In this document: positions 26,240-35,127 of the stretch, piece by piece
Position numbering within the stretch: the first letter of the stretch is position 1
Layout: every line of letters starts with the position of its first letter
Assembly (NCBI GenBank): GCA_021155085.1
Contig: JAJNQA010000048.1
Span: forward strand, 4,023-68,022
Reading direction: 5' to 3'
DNA: 64,000 bases
Source: Heliomicrobium sp.
GTDB taxonomy: Bacteria; Acidobacteriota; Blastocatellia; RBC074
Position numbers and translations under genes: made by a program
Notes under the pieces: generated by a model
The model's input: only the letters and a program-made list of their open reading frames with translations
The model's database searches: none
What the model was told of the DNA's origin: nothing

Positions 26240-28708
26240 TTAATGCACCAGCACCTCGCCCGCTTCCAGCGGTTCCGATGCCTCGGACAATTCTTCGTCC
26301 AGTAAAGGCAGGGGACGAATGCCCAGCTTGTCGCCATCCAGAACGATTTCGATGACCGACACGCCAGAGAGCTGTCCTTGAATTAATGCTTCCGACAAAG
26401 GGTCCTCGACATGCCTTTGCAGGGCACGGCGCAGCGGACGTGCGCCGTAACTGCGGTCAGTGCAGGTCTGTTCGACGATCCAGCGTTTGGCGCCTTCGGT
26501 CAATTGAATCTCCAGACCGCGATGCCGCAGCGTTTGATTCATCTGGTTCGCCAGCAAGCCGACGATGTTCAGCAGATTGTCATCGGTCAGCGGTTCGAAG
26601 ACGATAATCTCGTCCAGCCGGTTGATGAATTCGGGATTGAAGGTTTCGCGAACGGCGGCCATCACGCGGTCTTCGGTCTTCGTCTGCGCGTCCTGCCGCG
26701 ATGAATTGAAACCAAAATAACCGCCTTTGTTGACGAACCGTGCGCCCAGATTCGAGGTCATCACCACGATGACGTGTTTGAAATCCACCGTGTTGCCCAG
26801 CGCATCGGTCAGCATGCCGTCTTCAAAAACCTGCAACAGGATGTTGAAAATATCCGGGTGCGCCTTTTCGATTTCGTCCAGCAGCAGCACAGAGTATGGA
26901 TTGCGCCGAACCCGCTCGGTCAACTGCCCGCCCTCTTCGTAGCCGACATAACCTGGCGGCGATCCGATCAGCTTCGAGATCGAATGTTTCTCCATAAATT
27001 CCGACATGTCGAAACGGATCATCGCTCGTTCGGAACCAAACAGAAAATCCGCCAGTGACCGCGCGACTTCCGTCTTGCCCACGCCGGTCGGCCCCAGAAA
27101 CAGAAACGATCCCACCGGACGATTCGGACTTTTCAGTCCCGCGCGCGAACGGCGAATGGCGCGCGCCAGCGCCGAAATGGCCGATTCCTGGCCAACGATT
27201 CGCTTGTGCAGTTCGTCGCCGATTCGCAGCAGCTTGGTGGCCTCGCCTTCCTGCAGGGAAGAAACAGGGATTCCCGTCCAGCGTGAAATTACATCTTCAA
27301 TATCCTGTTTGACGACCAGCGCGGCGATGTTTTCGAAATCGGGCGGCTCGTAGTATTGCGGAGTGCGGCGCACGCTGGAATAGATTCGGTCGCGGTCGCG
27401 CAGATCATTGCGGAAATCGCCGCGCGTTTCGCCGCGCATTTCGCGCGAGTCGCGTGAATCGCGCTGCCAGCGCGGCGGCGGCGGGACGTAGCCGCTTTCG
27501 CGCTGCACGCGGAGTTTCACGCGCGCTCCGGCTTCGTCAATTACGTCAATCGCCTTGTCGGGCTGAAATCTTTCGGGCAGGTAGCGGCTGGACTGGTAAA
27601 CGGCGGCCTCGATGGCATCTTCCGTGTAACGAACGTTGTGATAAGACTCGTACCGATCCTTGATGCCTTCGACGATGACGATGGTATCTTCTTCGTTGGG
27701 AACGGGGACTTTGACGGCCTGGAAGCGGCGTTCCAGCGAGCGGTCGCGTTCGATGGATTTGCGGAACTCCGCTGGAGTCGTCGCCCCGATGCACTGGATT
27801 TCTCCGCGCGACAGGGCCGGTTTCAGGATGTTTGCGGCGTCGAGACTTCCTTCGGCGGAGCCGGCGCCGATCAATGTGTGAATTTCATCAATGAAAACGA
27901 TGTACTGCGGATTTTCGATCAGTTCGCGCATGATCGTCTTCATCCGCTCTTCAAACTGGCCGCGGTATTTGGTTCCTGCGACCACCAGGCTCAAATCGAG
28001 CGCCAGAATCCGCTTATCCACCAGGAAAGACGGAACTTCGCAGTTGACGATACGCTGCGCCAACCCTTCGACAATCGCCGTTTTGCCGACGCCCGGTTCG
28101 CCGATCAGGACCGGATTATTCTTGGTCCGGCGGCAAAGGATTTGTGTCACGCGGTCAATCTCTTCGTCGCGCCCGACCAGCGGGTCCAGCTTGCCTTCCA
28201 GCGCATCGGCGGTCAGGTCGCGGCAGAACTCGAACAGATGCGGCGTGTCTTTGCGGTGGTGCGCATTGCGTTCCATGTTCGCCTGCCGCATCAAATCCTG
28301 GCGGATGTCCGATAGCCGCAAGCCGCGCTCGTATAAAATTTCGGCGGCGATGGAATTCTCTTCGCGCAGCAGACCCAGCAGCAGATGTTCCGTGCCGATG
28401 TGCCGATTGCCCAGCCGTTCGGACTCTTCCGCCGCGAAAGCCAGCACGCGCTTGGCTTCGCCGGCCAGCGGCAGATCAATGTTGTTCGGAATGCGGTCGC
28501 GCAGCACTGTGCGCCCTTCGATCTCGCGGCGAATGGATTCAACTGTGGCGTGGGAGCGGTGGAAGAAACGATAGGTCAAATTTTTATCTTCGCGGATCAG
28601 CCCCAACAGGATATGCTCGGCCTCAATTTGAATGGCGCCGAACTGGCTGGCTTCGTAACGCGCGAAGAAAATTACGCGGCGCGCTTTCTCTGTGTAACGT
28701 TCGAACAT
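26240..28708 (-). CDS. clpC: ClpC/ClpA-type AAA+ chaperone-protease ATPase (822 aa)
   Basis: It has an N-terminal double Clp_N repeat ([20 protein letters not shown]..., [12 protein letters not shown]). It has two AAA+ modules with Walker A motifs GEPGVGKT and GPTGVGKT and a ClpB_D2-small-like C-terminus. Confidence 0.88.
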   Translation of the reverse strand: MFERYTEKARRVIFFARYEASQFGAIQIEAEHILLGLIREDKNLTYRFFHRSHATVESIRREIEGRTVLRDRIPNNIDLPLAGEAKRVLAFAAEESERLGNRHIGTEHLLLGLLREENSIAAEILYERGLRLSDIRQDLMRQANMERNAHHRKDTPHLFEFCRDLTADALEGKLDPLVGRDEEIDRVTQILCRRTKNNPVLIGEPGVGKTAIVEGLAQRIVNCEVPSFLVDKRILALDLSLVVAGTKYRGQFEERMKTIMRELIENPQYIVFIDEIHTLIGAGSAEGSLDAANILKPALSRGEIQCIGATTPAEFRKSIERDRSLERRFQAVKVPVPNEEDTIVIVEGIKDRYESYHNVRYTEDAIEAAVYQSSRYLPERFQPDKAIDVIDEAGARVKLRVQRESGYVPPPPRWQRDSRDSREMRGETRGDFRNDLRDRDRIYSSVRRTPQYYEPPDFENIAALVVKQDIEDVISRWTGIPVSSLQEGEATKLLRIGDELHKRIVGQESAISALARAIRRSRAGLKSPNRPVGSFLFLGPTGVGKTEVARSLADFLFGSERAMIRFDMSEFMEKHSISKLIGSPPGYVGYEEGGQLTERVRRNPYSVLLLDEIEKAHPDIFNILLQVFEDGMLTDALGNTVDFKHVIVVMTSNLGARFVNKGGYFGFNSSRQDAQTKTEDRVMAAVRETFNPEFINRLDEIIVFEPLTDDNLLNIVGLLANQMNQTLRHRGLEIQLTEGAKRWIVEQTCTDRSYGARPLRRALQRHVEDPLSEALIQGQLSGVSVIEIVLDGDKLGIRPLPLLDEELSEASEPLEAGEVLVH

Positions 28709-28765
28709 CCAAATCCTACAGCAAAAGTTCTGAGTTACAGGTTCTGGGTTCCGAGGTCTTGTCTG

Positions 28766-29485
28766 TCAAACCTGGAACTCAATGAGTTTTCCATTTTCCA
28801 ATCGCAATACACGGTCGCAAGTTGCCGCCATCCGTTCGTTGTGAGTAACGATGATTGCAGTCATCCGTTCTTCGAGCTGCAACTGGCGGATCAGCGAGTG
28901 AACGGCTTCGCCGGTTCGCTCATCCAGATTGCCGGTTGGTTCGTCCGCCAGCAACAATTTTGGCGCGCAGGCCAACGCTCTTGCTAACGCCACCCGCTGC
29001 CGTTCTCCCCCGGAAAGTTCGCCAGGACGATGTTCGGCGCGCGCTTGAAGCTCGACTCGGTGTAAAAGTCCACGAGCACGAGTCAGAGCCTCGCGCTTTG
29101 CCATGCCGTTGATTAACAAGGGCATCATCACGTTCTCGGTTGCGGAGAACTCAGGAAGCAAGTGGTGAAATTGAAAGACGAATCCGATCTGTCGGTTGCG
29201 AAAGCGGGCCAAGTCTAGCTCAGCGCTTTTTGCCAAGTCAAACTCGGCAATTTTAATGCTTCCGGAGGTGGGCCGGTCCAGCCCGCCCAGCAGATGAAGC
29301 AACGTGGATTTGCCCGCGCCCGACGCGCCGACGATGGCCACCATCTCGCCCCGCCCAACTTCCAGATTCAGATCGCGGAAAATGGCAATCTCTTCGGCGC
29401 GGCCACTGTAGATTTTGGTGAGCCTGACGGCGCGCAGCAAGGGATCGTGATTCTGGGCTGAGTTCTTACCGGTTGGTTGATCCAT
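28766..29485 (-). CDS. ABC transporter ATP-binding protein, LolD/MacB/FtsE-like subfamily
   Basis: It has Walker [10 protein letters not shown], the signature LSGGERQR and Walker [13 protein letters not shown]. The ATG at 29485 overlaps the upstream gene by 20 nt. Confidence 0.85.
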   Translation of the reverse strand: MDQPTGKNSAQNHDPLLRAVRLTKIYSGRAEEIAIFRDLNLEVGRGEMVAIVGASGAGKSTLLHLLGGLDRPTSGSIKIAEFDLAKSAELDLARFRNRQIGFVFQFHHLLPEFSATENVMMPLLINGMAKREALTRARGLLHRVELQARAEHRPGELSGGERQRVALARALACAPKLLLADEPTGNLDERTGEAVHSLIRQLQLEERMTAIIVTHNERMAATCDRVLRLENGKLIEFQV

Positions 29486-31196
29486 CAAATAAAGAGACGA
29501 AAAACGGAAAATTGCCAAAGGGGGAGTGCGATTCAATCGCCAGCCCCTGATCGTTGAGCGAAGTTGCGCTGACCGCCAGCGGCAGTTGATTCAGGATGCC
29601 AGCGTCCGCCGGAGCCGCATTCTGCCCGAAGGCGCGAGCCAGCGCCGCCATCATCTCGCCGCTTTCTTCTTTCACCGACGAAACGCTTAACAGCGGTGCG
29701 GATGCGGACGCTCTGCCTGCCGAGACAAACAGCGGCGCGGATTTCAAACTTTGTCCATGGCGATACGCCTCGATCAGTCGAATCAATTGCGCCCGTCTGC
29801 CAAATGCCAGAAACTCACCCAGAAAGATGGCCGACCCGCGCGACGGTTCGCCCGAATTCAGAATCTCAACGCCTTCGATATTTTCGCGGTGAATGCTTGT
29901 GACGCGTTTGTTTTGAAACTGCGTCAGAACGGTTTCCGCCAATCGCGTCATCATGATGCGGTCGCGCACTGCCACCAGCCACACCCTGTCTTGCGGTTCC
30001 CCGGTCAGGTTGAAGCTGGCGATTTCATCGCCGATGGCCGCGCCGGTCAACTCGCCTGACTTTGCGCCGAAAGCCGCCTCGCGCATCCCGATGGCGAATT
30101 GATGAAGCAAAAAGCTCTGCGCCACATCCACGCGGGAAGAAATCACCGTTTCGATCCCGTCGAGCGTTTTGCTCGGGTTGGCGACTTTGATCAAGGTTAC
30201 TTCGCTTGCCGCCGCGGGAATGAGGCCCAGTGCCTGAGCTTCCCCTGTACCGGCTGTAATGATGGTTTTCAACTTTTCCGTCAGGTCTGGTTTGAACAGC
30301 ACCGCGTAGCGGTCAACGACCTGACCCTCTTCAAAACTCCAGCCGTAGGCGATTCCATCGCAGGTTTTCCCTGAAAAATCGGTGAAGACTTCGCCGACTG
30401 CACCCGCCAGGACTGCTTTGCCGACGACACCGCCAGCCGCCAGATAGGTGCCAAGCCGCAACAATCGTTTGACGCCTTCGCTGTTGACGAAGCCAAAAAC
30501 GCTGGCGCCTGCGCCGACCGCCGGACGTGCCTGAAACAAATGTGGATTGTTGACAAGGGAAGGCTTGCGGCCAAGCCGCGCGTCAATGCAGGCGTGCAGC
30601 GGTTCTTCGTGATTGGCCAGAATCAATTCGCTTTCGATCTGCGCGGCCAGCAATTTCCGCTCGGTATTCGGGGCGGCGAAACTGATGACCTGCACCCCGC
30701 TGTATTCGCCGGCCTGTCTGCTGGACTGGCCGAAGAGTTTTTCCGCCATTTCCGGTAAACGTTTTTCAACCAGACTGCGCAGCGTTCCCGCGCGGCCATG
30801 CGTTTCAGCCACCAGCGCCATCCGGGGTTTGATCGCCTCATTGCGCGCTTCCAGACTGGTGATGACGACCGCAATCTGTGCCTCGGACAGCAGCGCCAGC
30901 TCGTCACTGCCAGCCAAATCCGCCAGCCAGCCGAACCGGCTGGCCTGCCCGATAAAACCAAGCGTGTCCGAAATCCCATACGCCGGCGCAAGCTGTTGCC
31001 AGGCTTTCGTGGAAGTCATCTGACTGAGCAGTTGCGGAAGGTTCTGAATTTCCAGATAGCCGATGGCTGATTCCGGAACATAAGTGGCCATTTCAATGCG
31101 TTCAGTCCGGCGCATGAACAGCCAGCCGCCAGCCGCCAGCAACAGAACCACCAGCAACCCCAAACCAATCTGTTTTCGATAATTCATCAGCATCAA
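29466..31196 (-). CDS. Membrane-anchored hypothetical protein (576 aa; possibly DUF3352-like)
   Basis: It has a single N-terminal TM segment (IGLGLLVVLLLAAGGWLF) followed by a large soluble domain. The family assignment is only a recollection of the overall architecture. Confidence 0.65.
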   Translation of the reverse strand: MMLMNYRKQIGLGLLVVLLLAAGGWLFMRRTERIEMATYVPESAIGYLEIQNLPQLLSQMTSTKAWQQLAPAYGISDTLGFIGQASRFGWLADLAGSDELALLSEAQIAVVITSLEARNEAIKPRMALVAETHGRAGTLRSLVEKRLPEMAEKLFGQSSRQAGEYSGVQVISFAAPNTERKLLAAQIESELILANHEEPLHACIDARLGRKPSLVNNPHLFQARPAVGAGASVFGFVNSEGVKRLLRLGTYLAAGGVVGKAVLAGAVGEVFTDFSGKTCDGIAYGWSFEEGQVVDRYAVLFKPDLTEKLKTIITAGTGEAQALGLIPAAASEVTLIKVANPSKTLDGIETVISSRVDVAQSFLLHQFAIGMREAAFGAKSGELTGAAIGDEIASFNLTGEPQDRVWLVAVRDRIMMTRLAETVLTQFQNKRVTSIHRENIEGVEILNSGEPSRGSAIFLGEFLAFGRRAQLIRLIEAYRHGQSLKSAPLFVSAGRASASAPLLSVSSVKEESGEMMAALARAFGQNAAPADAGILNQLPLAVSATSLNDQGLAIESHSPFGNFPFFVSLFDGSTNR

Positions 31197-31383
31197 TTCC
31201 GCCGATCAAACCTTGCCTGAAAAGAAATTGATATTACTCGCCCGCCGCTCCGCCGCCAAATGCGGTGGCAGAAGGAATCTTTTCAAGAAATTCCGGCCAA
31301 TGCGCAACTGCCTTCGTCTTATGCGGCGAACGAAGCCTGGCGGATCCCCTCGCCGGGCGGATGGCGAAGCGCCTGGCTGTTTT

Positions 31384-31434
31384 CGCGTGTAGCTGCTTTT
31401 CGCGTGTAGTTGCTTTTGGCACGTAGTTGCTTTT
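31384..31434. repeat. 3 x 17 bp tandem direct repeat in a divergent promoter region
   Basis: The units are cgcgtgtagctgctttt / cgcgtgtagttgctttt / ggcacgtagttgctttt. The array ends 65 nt upstream of the ATG at 31500. Confidence 0.8.
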
Positions 31435-31499
31435 GAAAGATGTTTGCCGCGTCTATCGCCAGGGATTAACAGCAGTCTTGACTGTTGAAGGAGAAGCTT

Positions 31500-31958
31500 A
31501 TGAAGAAGATGACAGCAATGATTTTTGGGCTATTTGTTTTGGCATTGATGTTGACTACGCCGAGTTTGGCGCAGGGCAGGTATCGCGGCAGGGTTTACAG
31601 CAAAGCCGATGTTGACCGCATCATCAAACGCGTCGAGGACCGCAGCGACGCGTTTCAAAAAATGGTGGACCGCAATCTCGACCGCAGCCGGCTGAATGGT
31701 TCCAAACGCGAAGACAATATCAACGATCAGGTGAAGGATTTGGAAAAGGCGCTGGACGATCTGCGCCGCGAATTCGACCGGAAAGACAGTTTCCGCGAAA
31801 CCCGCCGCGAAGTCGAACGGGTGATGAGCGAAGCGGATGAAGTCAATGCGCTGATGAAACGCCTCCGGTTCGATGCCAGTGTCGAACGCGAATGGCAACT
31901 GGTCAAAGCCGACCTGAACAAGCTGGCAGGCGTTTATGAACTAAGATTGCTTCGGTAG
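31500..31958 (+). CDS. Small secreted, charged coiled-coil-like hypothetical protein
   Basis: AAGGAG lies 6 nt upstream of the ATG at 31500. The signal peptide is MKKMTAMIFGLFVLALMLTTPSLAQ. The body is rich in R, D, E and K. Confidence 0.7.
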   Translation: MKKMTAMIFGLFVLALMLTTPSLAQGRYRGRVYSKADVDRIIKRVEDRSDAFQKMVDRNLDRSRLNGSKREDNINDQVKDLEKALDDLRREFDRKDSFRETRREVERVMSEADEVNALMKRLRFDASVEREWQLVKADLNKLAGVYELRLLR

Positions 31959-32147
31959 CAGGGCCGCCTTCTGACAACGCGCGAAAGGCACAACTTTATA
32001 TCCGCACACTTTTCAATGAATTGTATTTTTGTGTGTTGGGCGTTTTCTTAAATCTTTTGGCGCAGTTTGGCGGGGGGGGCGACCCACGGTAAGGTGGAAG
32101 TGGAAATCTGACACGACCAGACGTGATCGAGCCTGATCGTTAATTGC

Positions 32148-32180
32148 CGCGGGCCAGAGCAGAAGAAGCTCCGGCCCGCG
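32148..32180. terminator. Bidirectional terminator-like hairpin between convergent genes
   Basis: The stem is cgcgggccagagc / gctccggcccgcg (13 bp with one mismatch, 7 nt loop), followed by tgtttta on the plus strand. It lies 14 nt after the stop of the minus-strand gene. Confidence 0.55.
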
Positions 32181-32193
32181 TGTTTTAGCCGGG

Positions 32194-33207
32194 TTAGCAA
32201 CTCGGCGGGAAGACGGGCATGACCAGTGTGGAACTGGTCATTTCCAGGTGGTGCAGATTGCTGCCGCCATTGAAGGCATTGACGGCGGTGGCAGCCTGCG
32301 CGTTGAAGTTGATTGCGGCGCCGGTCAGGCCCAGATCGCGTGAGGCCATCACAAAGAGCCAGCCTGAACGTGTGGTTGGGAGCACTTGCGAAAACAAGGG
32401 CGACGTGCGCGGAAAATCATCCGCCAGTGGCCGCAGCAACTGGCACGCGGCGGGGCTGGCGAAACTGAAGGCGTTTTCCGCATCATCGTAAAGCACACCA
32501 AAAACCTGATTGAGCTTGGTGATTCCGGTGGCGAGATTGCCATTCAGGCTGTTGACGATGAGCAGCGTCGAGTTGCCGTCCGCCGGGCTGGGAATGTTGT
32601 CCAGCGCCAGGCGGCGCGGCGCTGCTTCGTAATCCCGCCCGTCGAAATTCAGCGTCGCCATCGAGGTGTCCCGATTGCAACCGGGCAGCGTGTTTCGGTA
32701 CAGCGCGGAGAAGCCGACCGCGTTGAGCTTGGCCGCATGCCCGCTTGCCAGTTTGACCATCTCGCTGCCCACCAAATAGTTGAAGTTGATCGGACAGCCA
32801 GTCACTGAGTCCGTCGCTACCATGATGAGATAACCCGTTGTGCCCGGATCAATGTCCGAAGCCAGAAAGCTGGCGGTTTGATTCGGCGTCAGGCACAGGT
32901 ACGCATCCGCTGTCGCGCAGGTTGTCCCGTCAATCACGAACAGGTGGATGATGGCCTGCGCCTCGCGATTGGTGTTGGTAATGGTGAGTTTCGTGTTTTT
33001 CTGGGCCTGGCCGCCGCCGGTGGCGCTTGAGGTAAAAAGATTGAAAACCAGCACCGACGCTGGCAGTTGATCGTTGGCGTTGCCGCCGCGGTTGTCATTT
33101 GTACGGCGAACTGGCACGCGCGGATCATCGGCCCAAACGACGCCAGCCAAAGCGAGGAGCGTGATGACCGCCCCGAAAAAGCGAGTAAGAGAATGTGTTT
33201 TTTGCAT
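32194..33207 (-). CDS. Secreted hypothetical protein (about 338 aa)
   Basis: The start is placed at the ATG at 33207, giving the signal peptide MQKTHSLTRFFGAVITLLALAGVVWA. The body has paired Cys residues (DGTTCATADAYLCLTPNQ, TGCPINFNY) and ends in ...FPPSC. I recognise no family. Confidence 0.7.
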   Translation of the reverse strand: MQKTHSLTRFFGAVITLLALAGVVWADDPRVPVRRTNDNRGGNANDQLPASVLVFNLFTSSATGGGQAQKNTKLTITNTNREAQAIIHLFVIDGTTCATADAYLCLTPNQTASFLASDIDPGTTGYLIMVATDSVTGCPINFNYLVGSEMVKLASGHAAKLNAVGFSALYRNTLPGCNRDTSMATLNFDGRDYEAAPRRLALDNIPSPADGNSTLLIVNSLNGNLATGITKLNQVFGVLYDDAENAFSFASPAACQLLRPLADDFPRTSPLFSQVLPTTRSGWLFVMASRDLGLTGAAINFNAQAATAVNAFNGGSNLHHLEMTSSTLVMPVFPPSC

Positions 33208-34156
33208 ACTGTGTCTAATCCTTTCCATAACAAGCCCCGAAGGGCAATTGATGAGTGCAGCGGACGAATCGCCGCCCTTCGCTGGGAGCGCCATCGCACT
33301 GCGCATTTTCAAAGTCAACAATGGAAAAGGGGCATGACAGGACTCGCGGGCTTACGAGTAGCTGGGCAGGCACTGAAGCGGCGGGCTTCAGCCAGCACGA
33401 ACGAAAGGACGCAAACCGGCAGGACGAAAATCCCACAGCGGCGTCCTTGTTCGCTGTGGGAGCAACTATACGGACTTACTGATTCAAAGTTGTTAGCAGG
33501 GCGTGAGTCAGATATGAAATTTTGTAAAAAGTTGATTAGACAGCCCATCCTCCGTGGACCGGGTCATTTCGTGGAAATCTATTTGAACCTCGCCGTGCTT
33601 GAAAATCAGAGCGGTGAAGGTTGGTCGCTGATCCCGTGCGGAATTCTAAAGCGGAAGCCGCAATCGGGGAAACTGTCCAGATTGGTGAAACAGGCGGTTC
33701 AACTATCGGCAAAGCGGAAGAATTTCGAGTAACCAGACCTACACGCAAGTAACCAAGTAACATCGAAGATCCGTTCCGGGTAATCAGATCGCAGGAATGT
33801 TGAGTAGCAGTGAAAAATAATAGGAATTTTGAGTAACAGCCCCTTGACAACTCTGCGCAAAAAAAAAATACACTCCGCGCGTCCAACTAACTCAACTCAC
33901 GCAAATAACGATAAACAGCTTACAAATCAGCAACTGACAATAACGATCTTCGGCAAACTGAAAAGTGATGAAATTTCAATTCGGATGCTCTGCCGGATTT
34001 CTCTCATTTGATTGACTGAACGGCCTTCAGTCGCATTTGTGCATAGCTCGATAGCTTAACCTTTGCCTACAATCTGTGAGCAGGGCGTCCGTTTCCACTT
34101 CGGATAGGTTTGTAACCGGTTGCTTTGATTGCCGCCTTACACCAGGGAAATCTTTA

Positions 34157-35104
34157 ATGTGAATCAGGGGTTGAAATCGCAGGCAAGCAGGTTAAACGAG
34201 TAGAATTGTTGTGTGAAAACGATACTCCAACTCATTGAACTCTATACACTTGCCTGCGAACTGCACAATAAAGGGCGTGCCGCTTGTTTTCAACGCACGA
34301 GTAACAATGCGCAACCGGGTGGCATTACGGATCAGGAACTCATTGCGATTTATTGGTTTTGTCATTTGCACCAGCGGTTCGACAAAAAGGCGATGCACGA
34401 ATTTATCCGCGATTATTGGCGGGAGTACTTCCCTCAGCTACCGGCTTACCAAACCTTTGTGGTGCGGTTGAATCAATTGGAGCCGACCTTTCAATCCCTC
34501 GGCGCGCAATTACAGGCGCGGTTAAATGCCCGGCAAATGGCGGCCTTAGACCAACTGATTGACTCCATGCCGATTGCGTTGGCACGCGGCGGGCACGCTT
34601 ATACGGCGAAAGTTGCGCGCGAAACGGCTGACGTAGGTTATTGCGCCAGCAAGAAGCTCTTCTTTCACGGCGTCAAATTGCACGCCGTCGCGACGCGGCG
34701 CAGCGGCCAGTTACCGCAACCGCAGGAACTGTGGTTACGCGAGGCATCGTGCAACGATTTGCGCAGTTTCAAAGAGCAGGAACTGGACGTACCGCTGACA
34801 ACTTTGTTTGGCGATAAAGCCTATTGCGACCGTGCCCTGGCAGCGGAACTGGCGGAGCAAGGCATCACGTTGCGTACGCCACAGAAACAACTCAAAGGCA
34901 CCGAATTAAACGAGTGGGAAAAATACTACAATCGCTGCGTGAGCCGCTTGCGCCAACCCATCGAAGGCTTCTTCAACTGGCTGCAAAAGAAAACCCAGAT
35001 TCACCACGCCAGCGCGGTACGCTCCGACGATGCACTGAAAATCCATTGCTGGGGCAAGCTGACCGTTGCTTACTTGATTTTAGTTTTTAACCCCTGATTC
35101 ACAT
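34157..35104 (+). mobile_element. IS982-family insertion sequence, apparently intact (948 bp)
   Basis: The terminal inverted repeats are atgtgaatcaggggtt (34157-34172) and aacccctgattcacat (35089-35104), a 16 bp perfect match with imperfect extensions. It has a single transposase ORF whose stop codon lies inside the right IR. Confidence 0.85.
34213..35097 (+). CDS. IS982-family DDE transposase (294 aa, GTG start)
   Basis: It is co-linear with the IS982 transposase pattern as I recall it (ITDQELIAIYWFCHL...FPQLPAYQTFVVRLNQL...IDSMPIAL...FFHGVKLH...LFGDKAYCD...RQPIEGFFNWLQ...HHASAVRS). Confidence 0.85.
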   Translation: MKTILQLIELYTLACELHNKGRAACFQRTSNNAQPGGITDQELIAIYWFCHLHQRFDKKAMHEFIRDYWREYFPQLPAYQTFVVRLNQLEPTFQSLGAQLQARLNARQMAALDQLIDSMPIALARGGHAYTAKVARETADVGYCASKKLFFHGVKLHAVATRRSGQLPQPQELWLREASCNDLRSFKEQELDVPLTTLFGDKAYCDRALAAELAEQGITLRTPQKQLKGTELNEWEKYYNRCVSRLRQPIEGFFNWLQKKTQIHHASAVRSDDALKIHCWGKLTVAYLILVFNP

Positions 35105-35127
35105 AAATGGTTAGGAACCGGCAAGAC

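Noticed and set aside
31234-31422. A 62 aa minus-strand ORF in the divergent promoter region.
   Set aside because: It is basic and low-complexity, overlaps the 17 bp tandem repeats, and has no RBS or recognisable motif.
33514-33732. A 72 aa ORF (MKFCKKLIRQPILRGPGHF…) within the AT-rich stretch.
   Set aside because: It has no RBS and no recognisable motif, and it lies in a region where all frames are broken. I treat it as noise unless expression data say otherwise.
34141-35115. A target-site duplication flanking the IS982-family element.
   Set aside because: The flanks (…gggaaatcttta | … | aaatggttagg…) show no convincing direct repeat, so I make no claim about how recent the insertion is.
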